From Methanomicrobiales archaeon (GTDB lineage Archaea; Halobacteriota; Methanomicrobia; Methanomicrobiales; Methanospirillaceae): a DNA stretch of 64,000 nt. The notes under the pieces are model-generated. The model was not told where the DNA came from. It searched no databases and worked only from the letters and a program-made list of their open reading frames with translations. Below, piece after piece: positions 19,779-29,989 of the stretch. The DNA lies in the NCBI GenBank assembly GCA_025350045.1, contig JANXYM010000075.1, forward strand, positions 1,039-65,038. The letters are read 5' to 3'. A program made the translations under genes and the position numbers. Numbering within the stretch: position 1 is the first letter of the stretch; every line of letters begins with the position of its first letter.

Positions 19779-21296
19779 TCACTTTCCTATTTTGATCCGC
19801 CGGCTCATAATACATGGGCCCCCGCGCACGCCCCCAATCGGGTTTTTTGGCTTTCCCAGCGAGTTCATGCAACGGCCCATCAGTGCCGCGCCCCGTGCAA
19901 GTCCGTCATCCACAAAGACAAGATGATCCTGGGGATCGTCAAAGAGATTACGTTGGGCTATCCCTTCAAGGATATATTCCGGTTTTCTTCCGGATATCGC
20001 TGCACGACCGGTGAATCCAATCGAGGAATTCCTGGGAACGAGTTTTTGTTCTACTGCCACATCCACCAGGCGCAGGGCCATTCTGGCGCAGACCCGGTCA
20101 ATGACTTCGTTAAGCATTGCCAGATTATGTTTTTCATGGATCTCTTTCCCGATTTCCATCAGTTTGTCGAGATCGCTGCTGTTCTCTCCGCAGTCACAGC
20201 CAATCATTGCAATGCCGGATTCAATGGCCAGTCTGGCATTGACCGGCACCCTGCCGAACCGGTCGCGTTCCGCAGGGACAATCCGGATATCGATATGTTC
20301 ATGACAACGGTCAACAAAACCGTCAATAACCCTGCGGTTTCCCCCGCCAAACAGCCCCCCGGAAACGCTGTGCTCACCAAAAATGTCAAGGGCTGTTCCG
20401 GTACGCTGCTGCACAAGACCGGTTCCCCGGACTATCGCATCGGGAATCGCACCGGCAAGCCCGCAGAAGTTCCCCACGGTTTTTGCAAACGGGTTGAGAT
20501 CATCCGGGCCTACATCACTGGTGATCCTGCCATCAAGGGTTGTACCGAAGTCGACCGATACGCAGGGATTGCGGAAATCAACCGGTGTCCATTTTGCCCC
20601 CTCTTTAATCCCCGCCATAGCCAGTTCACCCTCCATCTCGTTTGCAACCATCTCAACACCGGTAGATCCCACCGGGGGAATGACACCCGCAACCGCACCC
20701 ACAAATACAACCTTATCAGCAAAACTGAACGGCTGGAGTTTCTGGGGCTGATTCTCTTTGGACATGGGCGGAGTCATCTTGCGGGGCGGGACTCCCGCGT
20801 TAAGACAGCCGTTTGCAAGTGCAATGACAAAATCGCCGATCTGATCCGGTGACTCCATCTCGGCAACTACCCCGGTACTCCGGACAACGAAATCCAGTTC
20901 TTTAACAACATCGAGGTGGGCATCTTTGTGGCACTTGAGCAGGGTATCCCGGACCAGTTCAGTAACCGCTTCGCGGGTGAGTTCAGTCCCGTCGAGAGTG
21001 GCACCGAATACGGTCTCTCCGGGTCTCGGAGGACGGATGTCACGGCTCATGCTCACGGTTTTATTGATCACGTATGACATGCCGGTTTCAAGACTGACTC
21101 CTGTCAGGATGCATTTCGTTGTTGTGTTTCCCATCTCAACGGAAGCCACAATAAAATACGGCTTGTTCTTGTATTCAGGGAACTGCATCCCTGCACCATG
21201 GGTTATTGATGGGGGAGGTGGGCTTTCCACAATATGGGGGTTTTGTCGTATGAAGCGGGAAAAAAAACTGGCGCACATGTTGATCGAGTCTTTCAA
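19779..21296 (-). CDS. Methanogenesis marker protein 14 (actin-like ATPase fold)
   Basis: 'ASVEMGNTTTKCIL', 'DFVVRSTGV', 'DFGTTLDG', 'FVDDGLARGAALM'. Confidence 0.88.
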   Translation of the reverse strand: MKDSINMCASFFSRFIRQNPHIVESPPPPSITHGAGMQFPEYKNKPYFIVASVEMGNTTTKCILTGVSLETGMSYVINKTVSMSRDIRPPRPGETVFGATLDGTELTREAVTELVRDTLLKCHKDAHLDVVKELDFVVRSTGVVAEMESPDQIGDFVIALANGCLNAGVPPRKMTPPMSKENQPQKLQPFSFADKVVFVGAVAGVIPPVGSTGVEMVANEMEGELAMAGIKEGAKWTPVDFRNPCVSVDFGTTLDGRITSDVGPDDLNPFAKTVGNFCGLAGAIPDAIVRGTGLVQQRTGTALDIFGEHSVSGGLFGGGNRRVIDGFVDRCHEHIDIRIVPAERDRFGRVPVNARLAIESGIAMIGCDCGENSSDLDKLMEIGKEIHEKHNLAMLNEVIDRVCARMALRLVDVAVEQKLVPRNSSIGFTGRAAISGRKPEYILEGIAQRNLFDDPQDHLVFVDDGLARGAALMGRCMNSLGKPKNPIGGVRGGPCIMSRRIKIGK

Positions 21297-21572
21297 TGTG
21301 TCAATCCTTATAATTTTCTATTTTGTTACCGATTACCGCCGGCGGAAACTGGATACAATGATTAACGGTACCTGGTTATTGATCTCCTGAAAACCCATAG
21401 CGATTCACTCCGGAAAGGGTACATTTTTTTAAAAACGGCATTCCGGGGACTATCGCAATATCAGGGGTATGGCTGGTAGATGGGTGCGGGAGTCCGATTG
21501 CGCGAAGGGCCCTCAGGAGTGACAACTTGAATCTCTTTTGAGATTTCAACAGAGCTAAAAAGCAAAAAATTG

Positions 21573-22781
21573 TTATTTTTTTGAGACGGGGTTCTTTCTT
21601 GTTTTTCTGGCATGGACCATGCGTGCCTGGATGCCAAAATACTGGGAGACCCCAATCGCATGGCACTGGTCAAGGGATGAACTGTCAAATGATACCATAT
21701 CCTCAGAATAGATGGCATCCGGAGAACTGCGCCCGAGCACACGTACCGCTCCTTTGTAGATCTCGAGATCCACCATACCATTCACTCGTTCCTGCGTGGT
21801 ATCAATAAATGCGTTCAGTGCTGCGTATAATGGCTCGTAGACCAGTCCTTTGTAGGCGAGCTCCGACCATTTGTCATCCACCGTGCGCTTGAATACCAGT
21901 TCCTGCCTCGTGAGAACAAGAGCTTCAAGATCCCGGTGAGCCGTAAGAATAACGGTTGCCGCCGGGTGCTCGTAATTTTCCCGGGCTTTTATACCGAGGA
22001 TGCGATCCTCGATCATGTCATTGCGGCCGACCCCGTGCTTTCCTGCAAGAACATTCAACTGCTGGATCAGATCATATCCCTGCATTTTTTTGCCGTTGAC
22101 AGCAACCGGAATACCGGCCTTGAACTCCAGGGTTATTTTCTCTGGTTTTGCCGGCGCTTTTTCAGGAGATACCGTCCAGAGATAGATCTCTTCAGGGGGA
22201 TGATATGCGGGATCTTCTAACTTTCCGCCTTCGATACTCCGGCTCCAGCAGTTCTCATCCATACTCCACGGCTTGTCCTTTTTTACCGGCACCGGGATCT
22301 TATGCTTTTTTGCGTAATCGATCTCCCAGTCACGGGTAAGGTTGAGTTCGCGAATGGGAGCTACGACTTCGAGTCCTGCACTGCGGATGATAAAATCGAA
22401 CCTGAGCTGGTCATTGCCTTTACCGGTGCATCCATGCCCGATTGCTGTGGCACCTTCTTTCCTGGCAATCTTTACAACTTCCTCTGCGATCAGGGGGCGG
22501 GCAAGGGAGGTTCCCATGGGGTAACCCTCATATGAGCCATTTGCCCGAATCGCCGGGAAGATATGATTTTTCACAAATGCCTGCCGGGCATCAATGGTAT
22601 AGTGCTTATCCGCGAATTTTTTCCCTTTTTGTGTGGCGACATCAATCTCTTCATCCCGCTGCCCGACATTCACGGCTACGGTGATGACACGATCGTAATC
22701 ATATCGTTCTTTTAAAAGGGGGATGCAGATGGAGGTGTCAAGCCCTCCGGAATACGCAAGGACAATAGTACCTTTTCCCAT
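21573..22781 (-). CDS. argG: Argininosuccinate synthase
   Basis: '[11 protein letters not shown]', '[13 protein letters not shown]', '[11 protein letters not shown]', 'RENYEHP'; start trimmed to ATG 22781 behind GAGAGG. Confidence 0.97.
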   Translation of the reverse strand: MGKGTIVLAYSGGLDTSICIPLLKERYDYDRVITVAVNVGQRDEEIDVATQKGKKFADKHYTIDARQAFVKNHIFPAIRANGSYEGYPMGTSLARPLIAEEVVKIARKEGATAIGHGCTGKGNDQLRFDFIIRSAGLEVVAPIRELNLTRDWEIDYAKKHKIPVPVKKDKPWSMDENCWSRSIEGGKLEDPAYHPPEEIYLWTVSPEKAPAKPEKITLEFKAGIPVAVNGKKMQGYDLIQQLNVLAGKHGVGRNDMIEDRILGIKARENYEHPAATVILTAHRDLEALVLTRQELVFKRTVDDKWSELAYKGLVYEPLYAALNAFIDTTQERVNGMVDLEIYKGAVRVLGRSSPDAIYSEDMVSFDSSSLDQCHAIGVSQYFGIQARMVHARKTRKNPVSKK

Positions 22782-22939
22782 GGTCAACCTCTCGTTAAAT
22801 ACTGGAATACCTATTTGCGGTTTCAGCATATATTTTCAGGGGGACTCTTGAGATCCATTCTTGATGTATAGTTGTTTTTTTAGGAATAACGAAAAAAGGT
22901 TGTTCAGGTTTTTTCCTGAACCAATGTATCGTTGTGGAA

Positions 22940-23449
22940 TTAGGCGGTTACAATAATCTTTGCAAGTTCCTGGGGTTGGAAGGGACCTGTTGTGTAATCG
23001 TATGCGCCTACTTTATCAAACGTGACTTCGAGAGTCTTTCCGTACGGGATATCTACGTATTCCGTGCTGCCAAAGTACTTCTGCGTCTGGGAATCGATTG
23101 CCTGTACGCTGTGGGGCTTAAGGTCATCCATATTCGCCCAGATAACTTTCGTACCTACCTTGACATAGGTTGTTGAACCGGGGATAATGTTCAGATCTCT
23201 GGTAAATGTTATGACATACGTTGGTACTGGGGTTGGCGTTGCAGTTGGTGTTGCGGTCACATTTGCAGTCTTGTTAACAACAACAACTACAACTTCCTTT
23301 GTCGGTACCGGGGTTGGAGGAACAGTTACAACCGGAGTAGGAACTGCGGTAGGAACCGGGGTGGCTACAGGTGCTGCAGGCTGGGATGTGCATCCCGCGA
23401 GCAGGATCCCGATGAACAGGATCGCAAGAACAACAAGAAGTTTCTTCAT
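22940..23449 (-). CDS. Lipoprotein with Pro/Thr/Val-rich linker and cupredoxin-like domain
   Basis: Lipobox 'LLAGC', PT-rich tract, 'VKVGTKVIWAN..HSV', 'TFDKVGAYDY'. Confidence 0.8.
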   Translation of the reverse strand: MKKLLVVLAILFIGILLAGCTSQPAAPVATPVPTAVPTPVVTVPPTPVPTKEVVVVVVNKTANVTATPTATPTPVPTYVITFTRDLNIIPGSTTYVKVGTKVIWANMDDLKPHSVQAIDSQTQKYFGSTEYVDIPYGKTLEVTFDKVGAYDYTTGPFQPQELAKIIVTA

Positions 23450-23589
23450 GCATCTTTTTTTGTTATTTCGCTATTTAAGGATATTCAATTATTATGCATC
23501 ACTACCGCAATGAACAAGTTATGATCTATCGTTCCGGTGCTCTGCATAATACTCTGAAAAAAGGAAATATCGGGGGTTTTATGACGATC

Positions 23590-26500
23590 TCACTTCAGAT
23601 AATGGCTGATTGGTTCAAGTGTCATCTTCTCGCGCTTGATCGCATCAATGGCAAGTGCAGCCGCACGCGCCGCCTGCAGGGTGGTAATATAGGGTATTGA
23701 GTAGTCCACTGCCGCACGCATGATCTGGTAATGATCCTGCCGTGACTGGCGGTCCTGCGGGGTGTTGATGATGAGGCGTATCTCCCCGTGCCGCATCATA
23801 TCCAGCACATTGGGTGATCCTTCCTGGATTTTTCTTACCAGATGCGCTTCTACTCCTGCTTCGTGAAGGTAATCGACAGTACCTTCTGTCCCATACAGGG
23901 TGAGACCGAGATCGCGCAGCTGCCGCGCGATCGGTATGGCCTCGTCTTTCTGCTCGATATTTACCGAAATGAATACATTGCCTTTCCGGGGGAGCTCATT
24001 GTCGGCGGATATGCAGGCTTTGTAAAATGCGAGACCGAAGTCATAGTCTATTCCCATCACTTCGCCTGTACTCTTCATTTCAGGACCGAGAACCGTGTCG
24101 ACTCCCGCGAGTTTGTTGAACGGGAGCAGTACTTCTTTGACTGCGACATGCTTGATCTCCCGTTCTTTATGGCCAAGATCCCGCAGCTTCCTGCCAACCA
24201 TGACTTTTGCTGCAATTTTTGCTACGGCAAGTCCGGTAGCCTTTGAGACAAATGGCACGGTGCGGCTTGCACGCGGGTTTGCCTCGAGAATGTAGACCAC
24301 GTTGTCTTTTACCGCAAGCTGGAGATTAACGAGCCCAATCACCCCAAGACCCAGGGCAATCTTCCGGGTGTAATCGCGCACCGTGTCGAGCACCGATGCC
24401 GGGAGAGACTGCGTAGGGATTACACAAGCTGAATCCCCGGAATGGATCCCGGCCTGCTCAATGTGCTCCATAATGCCTCCAATGAGCACATCTTCCCCAT
24501 CGCAGACAGCGTCAACATCGAGCTCGATGGCGTTCTGGAGGTAGGAATCGATGAGTACCGGGTGGGTCTTTGCAACCCGGACTGCCTCTTTGATATAGGT
24601 TTCAAACTCGACCAGGTTATGAGCGATCTCCATAGCCCGCCCCCCAAGAACGAACGAGGGACGGACCAGTACTGGAAAACCGATCTTCTCTGCGATCTCC
24701 CGGGCTTCTGCTTCGGAGTATGCCGAACCGTTTGCCGGGCTGGGGATCTTGAGCTTATCCAGAAGCACACTGAACCGGTCGCGATCCTCGGCAATATTCA
24801 TTGCATCCGGGGTAGTACCCAAAATTTTTGTCGAAAGACCAAGACGTTGGATCTCCTGTTCAATGGGCATGGCAAGGTTGACGGCATTCTGCCCCCCGAA
24901 CTGTACCATTACGCCATAATAATTGTCTTTTCTGAGGATGTTGACGACATCCTCGAGCTGCATCGGCTCAAAGAAGAGCCGGTCAGAAGTGTCAAAATCC
25001 GTAGAGACCGTCTCGGGATTATTGTTGACGATATGGACTTCCACCCCTTCTTCCCTGAGGGACTGGACTGCGTGCACGGTGCAATAATCGAACTCGATAC
25101 CCTGGCCGATCCGGATTGGTCCGGAACCAAGAATGAGTACTTTCTGTCGATCACTGGGAATGATCTCACATTCTCCCCCATGGGTTGAGTAAAAATACGG
25201 CGTGCTTGCCGGAAACTCGGCAGCGCAGGTGTCCACCATCTTGTATGATGGCAGACCTGAGATGGTATCTAACAGCTCCCCACTCTTACCGGTAATCTTC
25301 GCAATTTCTGCATTCGAAAATCCGAGATTTTTCGCAGCAAGGATATCTGCCGGATCGCTGTAGGTTGCGAGATGTTTTTCACAGTCGACAATATTTTTTA
25401 TCTTCTCCAAAAAGAACGGAATGATTGATGTGAGCTGTGCGATCTCTTGGAGGGTAAATCCCAGGCGGAAGGCATCGAAGAGGCAGTGGAATCGCTCATC
25501 GGTTGGGCGCGACAGTATCATGCGCACCTCGCTGGGGCTGGTATGGCTGAGCACATCGGTATCCAGCGACCGCTTCGCCTTCATGAACGCTTCTTCCAGC
25601 GTGCGCCCGATAGCCATCACTTCTCCCGTGCTCTTCATGGATGTGCCAAGTGTCCGGTCAGCTCCCTTGAACTTGTCAAATGGCCAGCGGGGTACTTTAA
25701 CGACAATATAATCGATCGTTGGCTCAAAAGAAGCCGGAGTGCAGCCGGTCACAGTGTTCATGATCTCGTCGAGCCGCAGACCGATGGCGATCTTTGCTGC
25801 CACCCGGGCAATCGGGTAGCCGGTTGCCTTTGATGCAAGGGCTGAGGAACGTGAGACACGCGGGTTTACTTCAATGACCCTGTAGTCGCCTTCCCAGAAC
25901 GCGAACTGGACATTACAGCCTCCCTGCACATCCAGCGCCCGGATGATATGGATTGCTGCGCTCCGCATCATCTGGAACTCGTCATCACGCAGGGTAAGGA
26001 TCGGAGCAACAACGACACTTTCACCGGTATGGATTCCCATGGGATCTACGTTTTCCATACCGCAGACGATAATGCAGGTATCTGCAGCATCACGCATAAC
26101 CTCGAACTCGATCTCTTTCCAGCCCATCACGCTCTCTTCAATGAGTACCTGGTGAATGCGGGAACGGGAGAGCCCGAGTTCAACGATCCGGATCATCTCT
26201 TCACGGGTGCGGGCAATGCCTCCGCCCGCTCCGCCAAGAGTATATGCCGGCCGGACTACTGCCGGAAGACCTATCGTCGTGATGGCATCCTCAATCTGGG
26301 AGAGGGAGTTGAGTACCATACTTTTTGGTACCGGCTCTCCGATGCTGATCATGAGATCGCGGAATTTCTGGCGATCCTCGCCTTTGTAGATCGCTTCAAG
26401 CGGGGTTCCGAGAATTTCCACACCCTTGAGTGCACCCATTTCTGCGAGTTCTACGGTCAGGTTCAGTCCCGTCTGTCCGCCCATTCCGGAAAGGATTCCG

Positions 26501-26751
26501 TCCGGCTTTTCTTTCTCGATAATCTTTGCAATAATATCTGCCCGGAGCGGCTCGATGTAGATCTCATCGGCCATATCCGGGTCGGTCATGATCGTTGCCG
26601 GGTTGGAGTTGACCAGCACTACCTTGACGCCCTCTTCCCGCAATGCCCGGCAAGCCTGGGATCCCGAGAAGTCGAACTCCGCTGCCTGGCCGATCTGGAT
26701 GGGTCCTGATCCGATCAGGAGCACCTTTTTGATATCTGAACGCTTGGGCAT
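23590..26751 (-). CDS. carB: Carbamoyl-phosphate synthase large subunit
   Basis: 'GSGPIQIGQAAEFDFSG', duplicated ATP-grasp, 'IEVNPRVSRSS', MGS domain. Confidence 0.99.
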   Translation of the reverse strand: MPKRSDIKKVLLIGSGPIQIGQAAEFDFSGSQACRALREEGVKVVLVNSNPATIMTDPDMADEIYIEPLRADIIAKIIEKEKPDGILSGMGGQTGLNLTVELAEMGALKGVEILGTPLEAIYKGEDRQKFRDLMISIGEPVPKSMVLNSLSQIEDAITTIGLPAVVRPAYTLGGAGGGIARTREEMIRIVELGLSRSRIHQVLIEESVMGWKEIEFEVMRDAADTCIIVCGMENVDPMGIHTGESVVVAPILTLRDDEFQMMRSAAIHIIRALDVQGGCNVQFAFWEGDYRVIEVNPRVSRSSALASKATGYPIARVAAKIAIGLRLDEIMNTVTGCTPASFEPTIDYIVVKVPRWPFDKFKGADRTLGTSMKSTGEVMAIGRTLEEAFMKAKRSLDTDVLSHTSPSEVRMILSRPTDERFHCLFDAFRLGFTLQEIAQLTSIIPFFLEKIKNIVDCEKHLATYSDPADILAAKNLGFSNAEIAKITGKSGELLDTISGLPSYKMVDTCAAEFPASTPYFYSTHGGECEIIPSDRQKVLILGSGPIRIGQGIEFDYCTVHAVQSLREEGVEVHIVNNNPETVSTDFDTSDRLFFEPMQLEDVVNILRKDNYYGVMVQFGGQNAVNLAMPIEQEIQRLGLSTKILGTTPDAMNIAEDRDRFSVLLDKLKIPSPANGSAYSEAEAREIAEKIGFPVLVRPSFVLGGRAMEIAHNLVEFETYIKEAVRVAKTHPVLIDSYLQNAIELDVDAVCDGEDVLIGGIMEHIEQAGIHSGDSACVIPTQSLPASVLDTVRDYTRKIALGLGVIGLVNLQLAVKDNVVYILEANPRASRTVPFVSKATGLAVAKIAAKVMVGRKLRDLGHKEREIKHVAVKEVLLPFNKLAGVDTVLGPEMKSTGEVMGIDYDFGLAFYKACISADNELPRKGNVFISVNIEQKDEAIPIARQLRDLGLTLYGTEGTVDYLHEAGVEAHLVRKIQEGSPNVLDMMRHGEIRLIINTPQDRQSRQDHYQIMRAAVDYSIPYITTLQAARAAALAIDAIKREKMTLEPISHYLK

Positions 26752-27815
26752 CAGGCAATCCTCCGGTACAGGGCGTCAAAGAAATGCGCTTCGGTATCCC
26801 GCGGTCCGCCATGAGCCTCCGGGTGGAACTGGACCGTGGTCAGTTTGAGATCTTTATTCTCGAATCCCTCGACAGTCCTATCGTTGACATTGGTATAGGT
26901 GACCCGGCACCCTTCGGGGAGCGAGTCTTCATCGACAGCAAACCCGTGGTTCTGGGTGGTAATAAAAATGCGGCCATCTTTAAATCTGACCGGCTGGTTT
27001 GCCCCGCGGTGACCGAACTTGAGCTTGTAGGTATCGCCACCTATGGCGAGTGCTGAGACCTGGTTGCCCATGCAGATCCCAAAGATGGGGAGTTGCCCGA
27101 GCAGTTCCCGGATACACCGGATGGCCTGCACAGCCTGCTTGGGGTCTCCGGGCCCGTTGCTCACAAAGAGGGCATCCGGTTTACAGGAAAGGATCTGTTC
27201 CGGGGTACTATCGTGGGGGAACACGTAAAGATCACCCCCGCGCTTTGCGAGACTGGTGATCATGTTCTTTTTGATGCCGAGATCAATGACGGCGATGCGT
27301 TTTCCTTTTCCTTCAACACGGTACGGCTGTTTGCAGGAGACTTCGGGTATGGGGGTGATGTCGGTGATCTGGGGGGTTTGTTTGGCAAGGTTTACCGCAT
27401 AGTCCCCGTCATCGCTTCCCACAACGAGTGCAGCCCGCATGGTTCCGTGGACGCGGGTTTTGATAGTGAGGGCGCGGGTGTCAACCCCGCTCATGCCGAG
27501 AAGGCGGTTCTCTTCAAAATAGGATCTGATGGACGGGCTGGCGGCGGGTTTTTCGCAGATCTCTTTTACAATGCATCCAAGAGCGCAGACTTTTTCATTC
27601 TGGAAATTTTGCGTATCTACGCCATAATTCCCGATTTGCGGGAAGGTGAACATGAGGATCTGGCCAAAATAGCTTGGATCCGTAAGGGATTCCATGTACC
27701 CTGTCATCTGCGTATTGAATACGAGCTCTCCCGAACACTCACCTTCAACACCAAATCCTTTCCCGATATAAAATTGCCCGTCTTCGAGACCCAGAACCGC
27801 CTTCATGATTTCCAT
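26751..27815 (-). CDS. carA: Carbamoyl-phosphate synthase small subunit
   Basis: 'GELVFNTQMTGY', 'SNGPGDP', 'FGICMG', 'QFHPE'. Confidence 0.98.
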   Translation of the reverse strand: MEIMKAVLGLEDGQFYIGKGFGVEGECSGELVFNTQMTGYMESLTDPSYFGQILMFTFPQIGNYGVDTQNFQNEKVCALGCIVKEICEKPAASPSIRSYFEENRLLGMSGVDTRALTIKTRVHGTMRAALVVGSDDGDYAVNLAKQTPQITDITPIPEVSCKQPYRVEGKGKRIAVIDLGIKKNMITSLAKRGGDLYVFPHDSTPEQILSCKPDALFVSNGPGDPKQAVQAIRCIRELLGQLPIFGICMGNQVSALAIGGDTYKLKFGHRGANQPVRFKDGRIFITTQNHGFAVDEDSLPEGCRVTYTNVNDRTVEGFENKDLKLTTVQFHPEAHGGPRDTEAHFFDALYRRIA

Positions 27816-28046
27816 ATATTATGCACCTTAATAGTTATTAACGATAGTGCAGGTGACAGTCGTGTATAACGACAGGATGGTTTTCCCTAGGTAGACAGAC
27901 CTGGAAACAACATGATGCAGTGCCTTTCGTCTCCTCTTTTAATTGTGTTACCGGATAAATGTCATTACGGATACAGATAAAAAGAATGAGTGTCGATATT
28001 CACATGTCGTAAAAAACACATGTCGAAAAAGACGAGGTGAACGAAT

Positions 28047-28544
28047 ATGGGAACATTTGGAAGAAAGATTGTTGATACTGATGTTGCAGAGCTTGTCAAG
28101 CTCCTCAACAAGGCATTTTCCGATGAATGGCTCGCGTACTATCAGTACTGGATTGGTTCAAAAATCGTTCGAGGCCCCAACAAGGAGGCTGTTATAGCCG
28201 AACTTACCCTCCACGCTACAGAAGAACTGGGGCATGCAGTCCTGCTTACCACGCGGATTATCCAGCTCGGTGGAACCCCGGTTATCGACCCCCAGCAATG
28301 GTTCAAGCTTACCAATTGCGGGTACGATGCTCCTGAAGATCCTTTTATCGTCAAGGTCCTCGAACAGAACATCAAGGGCGAACAGTGTGCCATCAAGTCG
28401 TACAACAGCCTGCTCAAGAAGACCCGGGACAAGGATCCGGTTACGTACAACATCGTGCTGGGCATTCTCCAGATGGAAGTAGAGCATGAAGAAGATCTTC
28501 AGGCACTGCTTGAAGATGTCAATATCATTATGAAAAACAAATAA
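28047..28544 (+). CDS. Ferritin-like DPS-like (DPSL/thioferritin-type) protein
   Basis: 'DEWLAYYQYW', 'EELGHA', two Cys in 'LTNCGY' and 'EQCAI', 'EVEHEEDL'. Confidence 0.85.
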   Translation: MGTFGRKIVDTDVAELVKLLNKAFSDEWLAYYQYWIGSKIVRGPNKEAVIAELTLHATEELGHAVLLTTRIIQLGGTPVIDPQQWFKLTNCGYDAPEDPFIVKVLEQNIKGEQCAIKSYNSLLKKTRDKDPVTYNIVLGILQMEVEHEEDLQALLEDVNIIMKNK

Positions 28545-28757
28545 TTTTTCACTCTTTTTTAGGCGATATTGTGTGAGTTATCCATTAACCCGATGTGAGA
28601 TCATCTGTTTTATTTTCTTCAATCCGTCTTTTCCTGATATAAAATCCTTTTCTGTTTCAATGATTATGAATCAGATATCTGTCGATGTTTGGAATCCCCC
28701 ATCCTCACGCTTAAATACTACTCCTCGCAATTTCCCTGTAGTGAGCGGAGTATACTT

Positions 28758-29036
28758 ATGGGCATTGAACACGTAAACGGGAAAAAGAAAGGCAAGGTCA
28801 TGCTCTATGCGCTGAGCACCTGTGGCTGGTGCGCCAAGACCAAGGAACTCCTGCGGGAGCTGGGTATCGAATTCGATTATGCGTATGTCGACCTCCTTGA
28901 AGGAAACGAGCAGGACACCGCGATGGATAATGTTGAACGATTTAACCCGGCAGGATCGTTTCCTACCCTTGTTATCGATGACAGGAAGGGGATTGTCGGA
29001 TTCAAAGAGCAGGAAATACGGGAGGTATTCCGGTAA
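28758..29036 (+). CDS. Glutaredoxin-like protein (methanoredoxin-like)
   Basis: 'LSTCGWC', cis-Pro 'SFPTLVI'; start trimmed to ATG 28758. Confidence 0.88.
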   Translation: MGIEHVNGKKKGKVMLYALSTCGWCAKTKELLRELGIEFDYAYVDLLEGNEQDTAMDNVERFNPAGSFPTLVIDDRKGIVGFKEQEIREVFR

Positions 29037-29558
29037 ATGGCGCTTGTCGAGATAAGGCCCGGGGATGTGGTAGCAACCTACCAGATCCTGAACAAAGAGG
29101 CAGAAGGCGGGGGCTACCATCTGAATCCGGATGCGGAGTTCACAAAAAATCTTGTTGCCGGCCTCATGAAGAATGAGCAGCGCTACGGCTACCGTGCCTG
29201 CCCGTGCCGGCTTGCATCCGGAAAAAAAGAGCAGGATCTCGATATCATCTGTCCCTGCGATTATCGTGACCCGGATCTCGATGATTTCGGAGCCTGCTAT
29301 TGTGCCCTTTATGTCAGCGATGAGGTTGTGTCCGGTAAAACCGGTGTAGCCCCCGTCCCAGAACGCCGCCCGGCACGTTCTGCACGGGGTAAAACTGCTG
29401 TTGTACAAACGATCTCCCTGTCCTCGTCACCCATTGCGGCTCTTCCCTTTCCGGTATGGCGCTGTAAAGTATGCGGCTATCTCTGTGCGCGGGATCAACC
29501 ACCGGGGATCTGCCCGATCTGCAAGGTGACCAAAGAGCGGTTTGAACGATTCATATAA
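29037..29558 (+). CDS. Ferredoxin:disulfide (thioredoxin) reductase catalytic subunit with C-terminal rubredoxin-like domain
   Basis: FTR motifs 'CPCR', 'ICPC', 'CYC'; C-terminal 'WRCKVCGY...CPICK'. Confidence 0.9.
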   Translation: MALVEIRPGDVVATYQILNKEAEGGGYHLNPDAEFTKNLVAGLMKNEQRYGYRACPCRLASGKKEQDLDIICPCDYRDPDLDDFGACYCALYVSDEVVSGKTGVAPVPERRPARSARGKTAVVQTISLSSSPIAALPFPVWRCKVCGYLCARDQPPGICPICKVTKERFERFI

Positions 29559-29623
29559 TTTTTTCATGATCCCTTATCACAACTTAGGTCATTTTCCGCT
29601 GTCATTTTCCCAATCCTGATATA

Positions 29624-29986
29624 ATGCAAAAGCCAGATAGTACGGGTATGGCCGGCCCCATACAAATCGAGATTATTGGTCTGAACGATTCCGAATGCTG
29701 CCCGTTTCCCTGTGATGAGAACCGGACCTGCGGGCTTTCCGATTGTTATCCAACCGGCAAACTCACAGCCGCATTCGATGCACTGGCAGCAGAGCTGAAA
29801 AAAGAATACGGTGGTCGGGTGGATCTCAAACTTACCCTTCTTGATGATGGTGTACCGGATTATGTGAAGAAAATAATCGAAACAGAATTCCCCCCGCTGC
29901 CAATGATCCTTGTCAATGGAAAACTCGCCCGGATCGGACGCATTGTCCTGAGCCGGATAAAAAAAGAGATTGATACTGCCTGCTGA
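29624..29986 (+). CDS. Cys-rich hypothetical protein, thioredoxin-like C-terminus
   Basis: 'CCPFPC...CGLSDC', 'PLPMILVNGK'. Confidence 0.7.
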   Translation: MQKPDSTGMAGPIQIEIIGLNDSECCPFPCDENRTCGLSDCYPTGKLTAAFDALAAELKKEYGGRVDLKLTLLDDGVPDYVKKIIETEFPPLPMILVNGKLARIGRIVLSRIKKEIDTAC

Positions 29987-29989
29987 CGA

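Noticed and set aside
23190-23380. Repetitive GTT/GGT-rich tract as a tandem repeat or CRISPR-like array
   Set aside because: It is the coding Pro/Thr/Val linker of the lipoprotein and has no regular repeat-spacer period.
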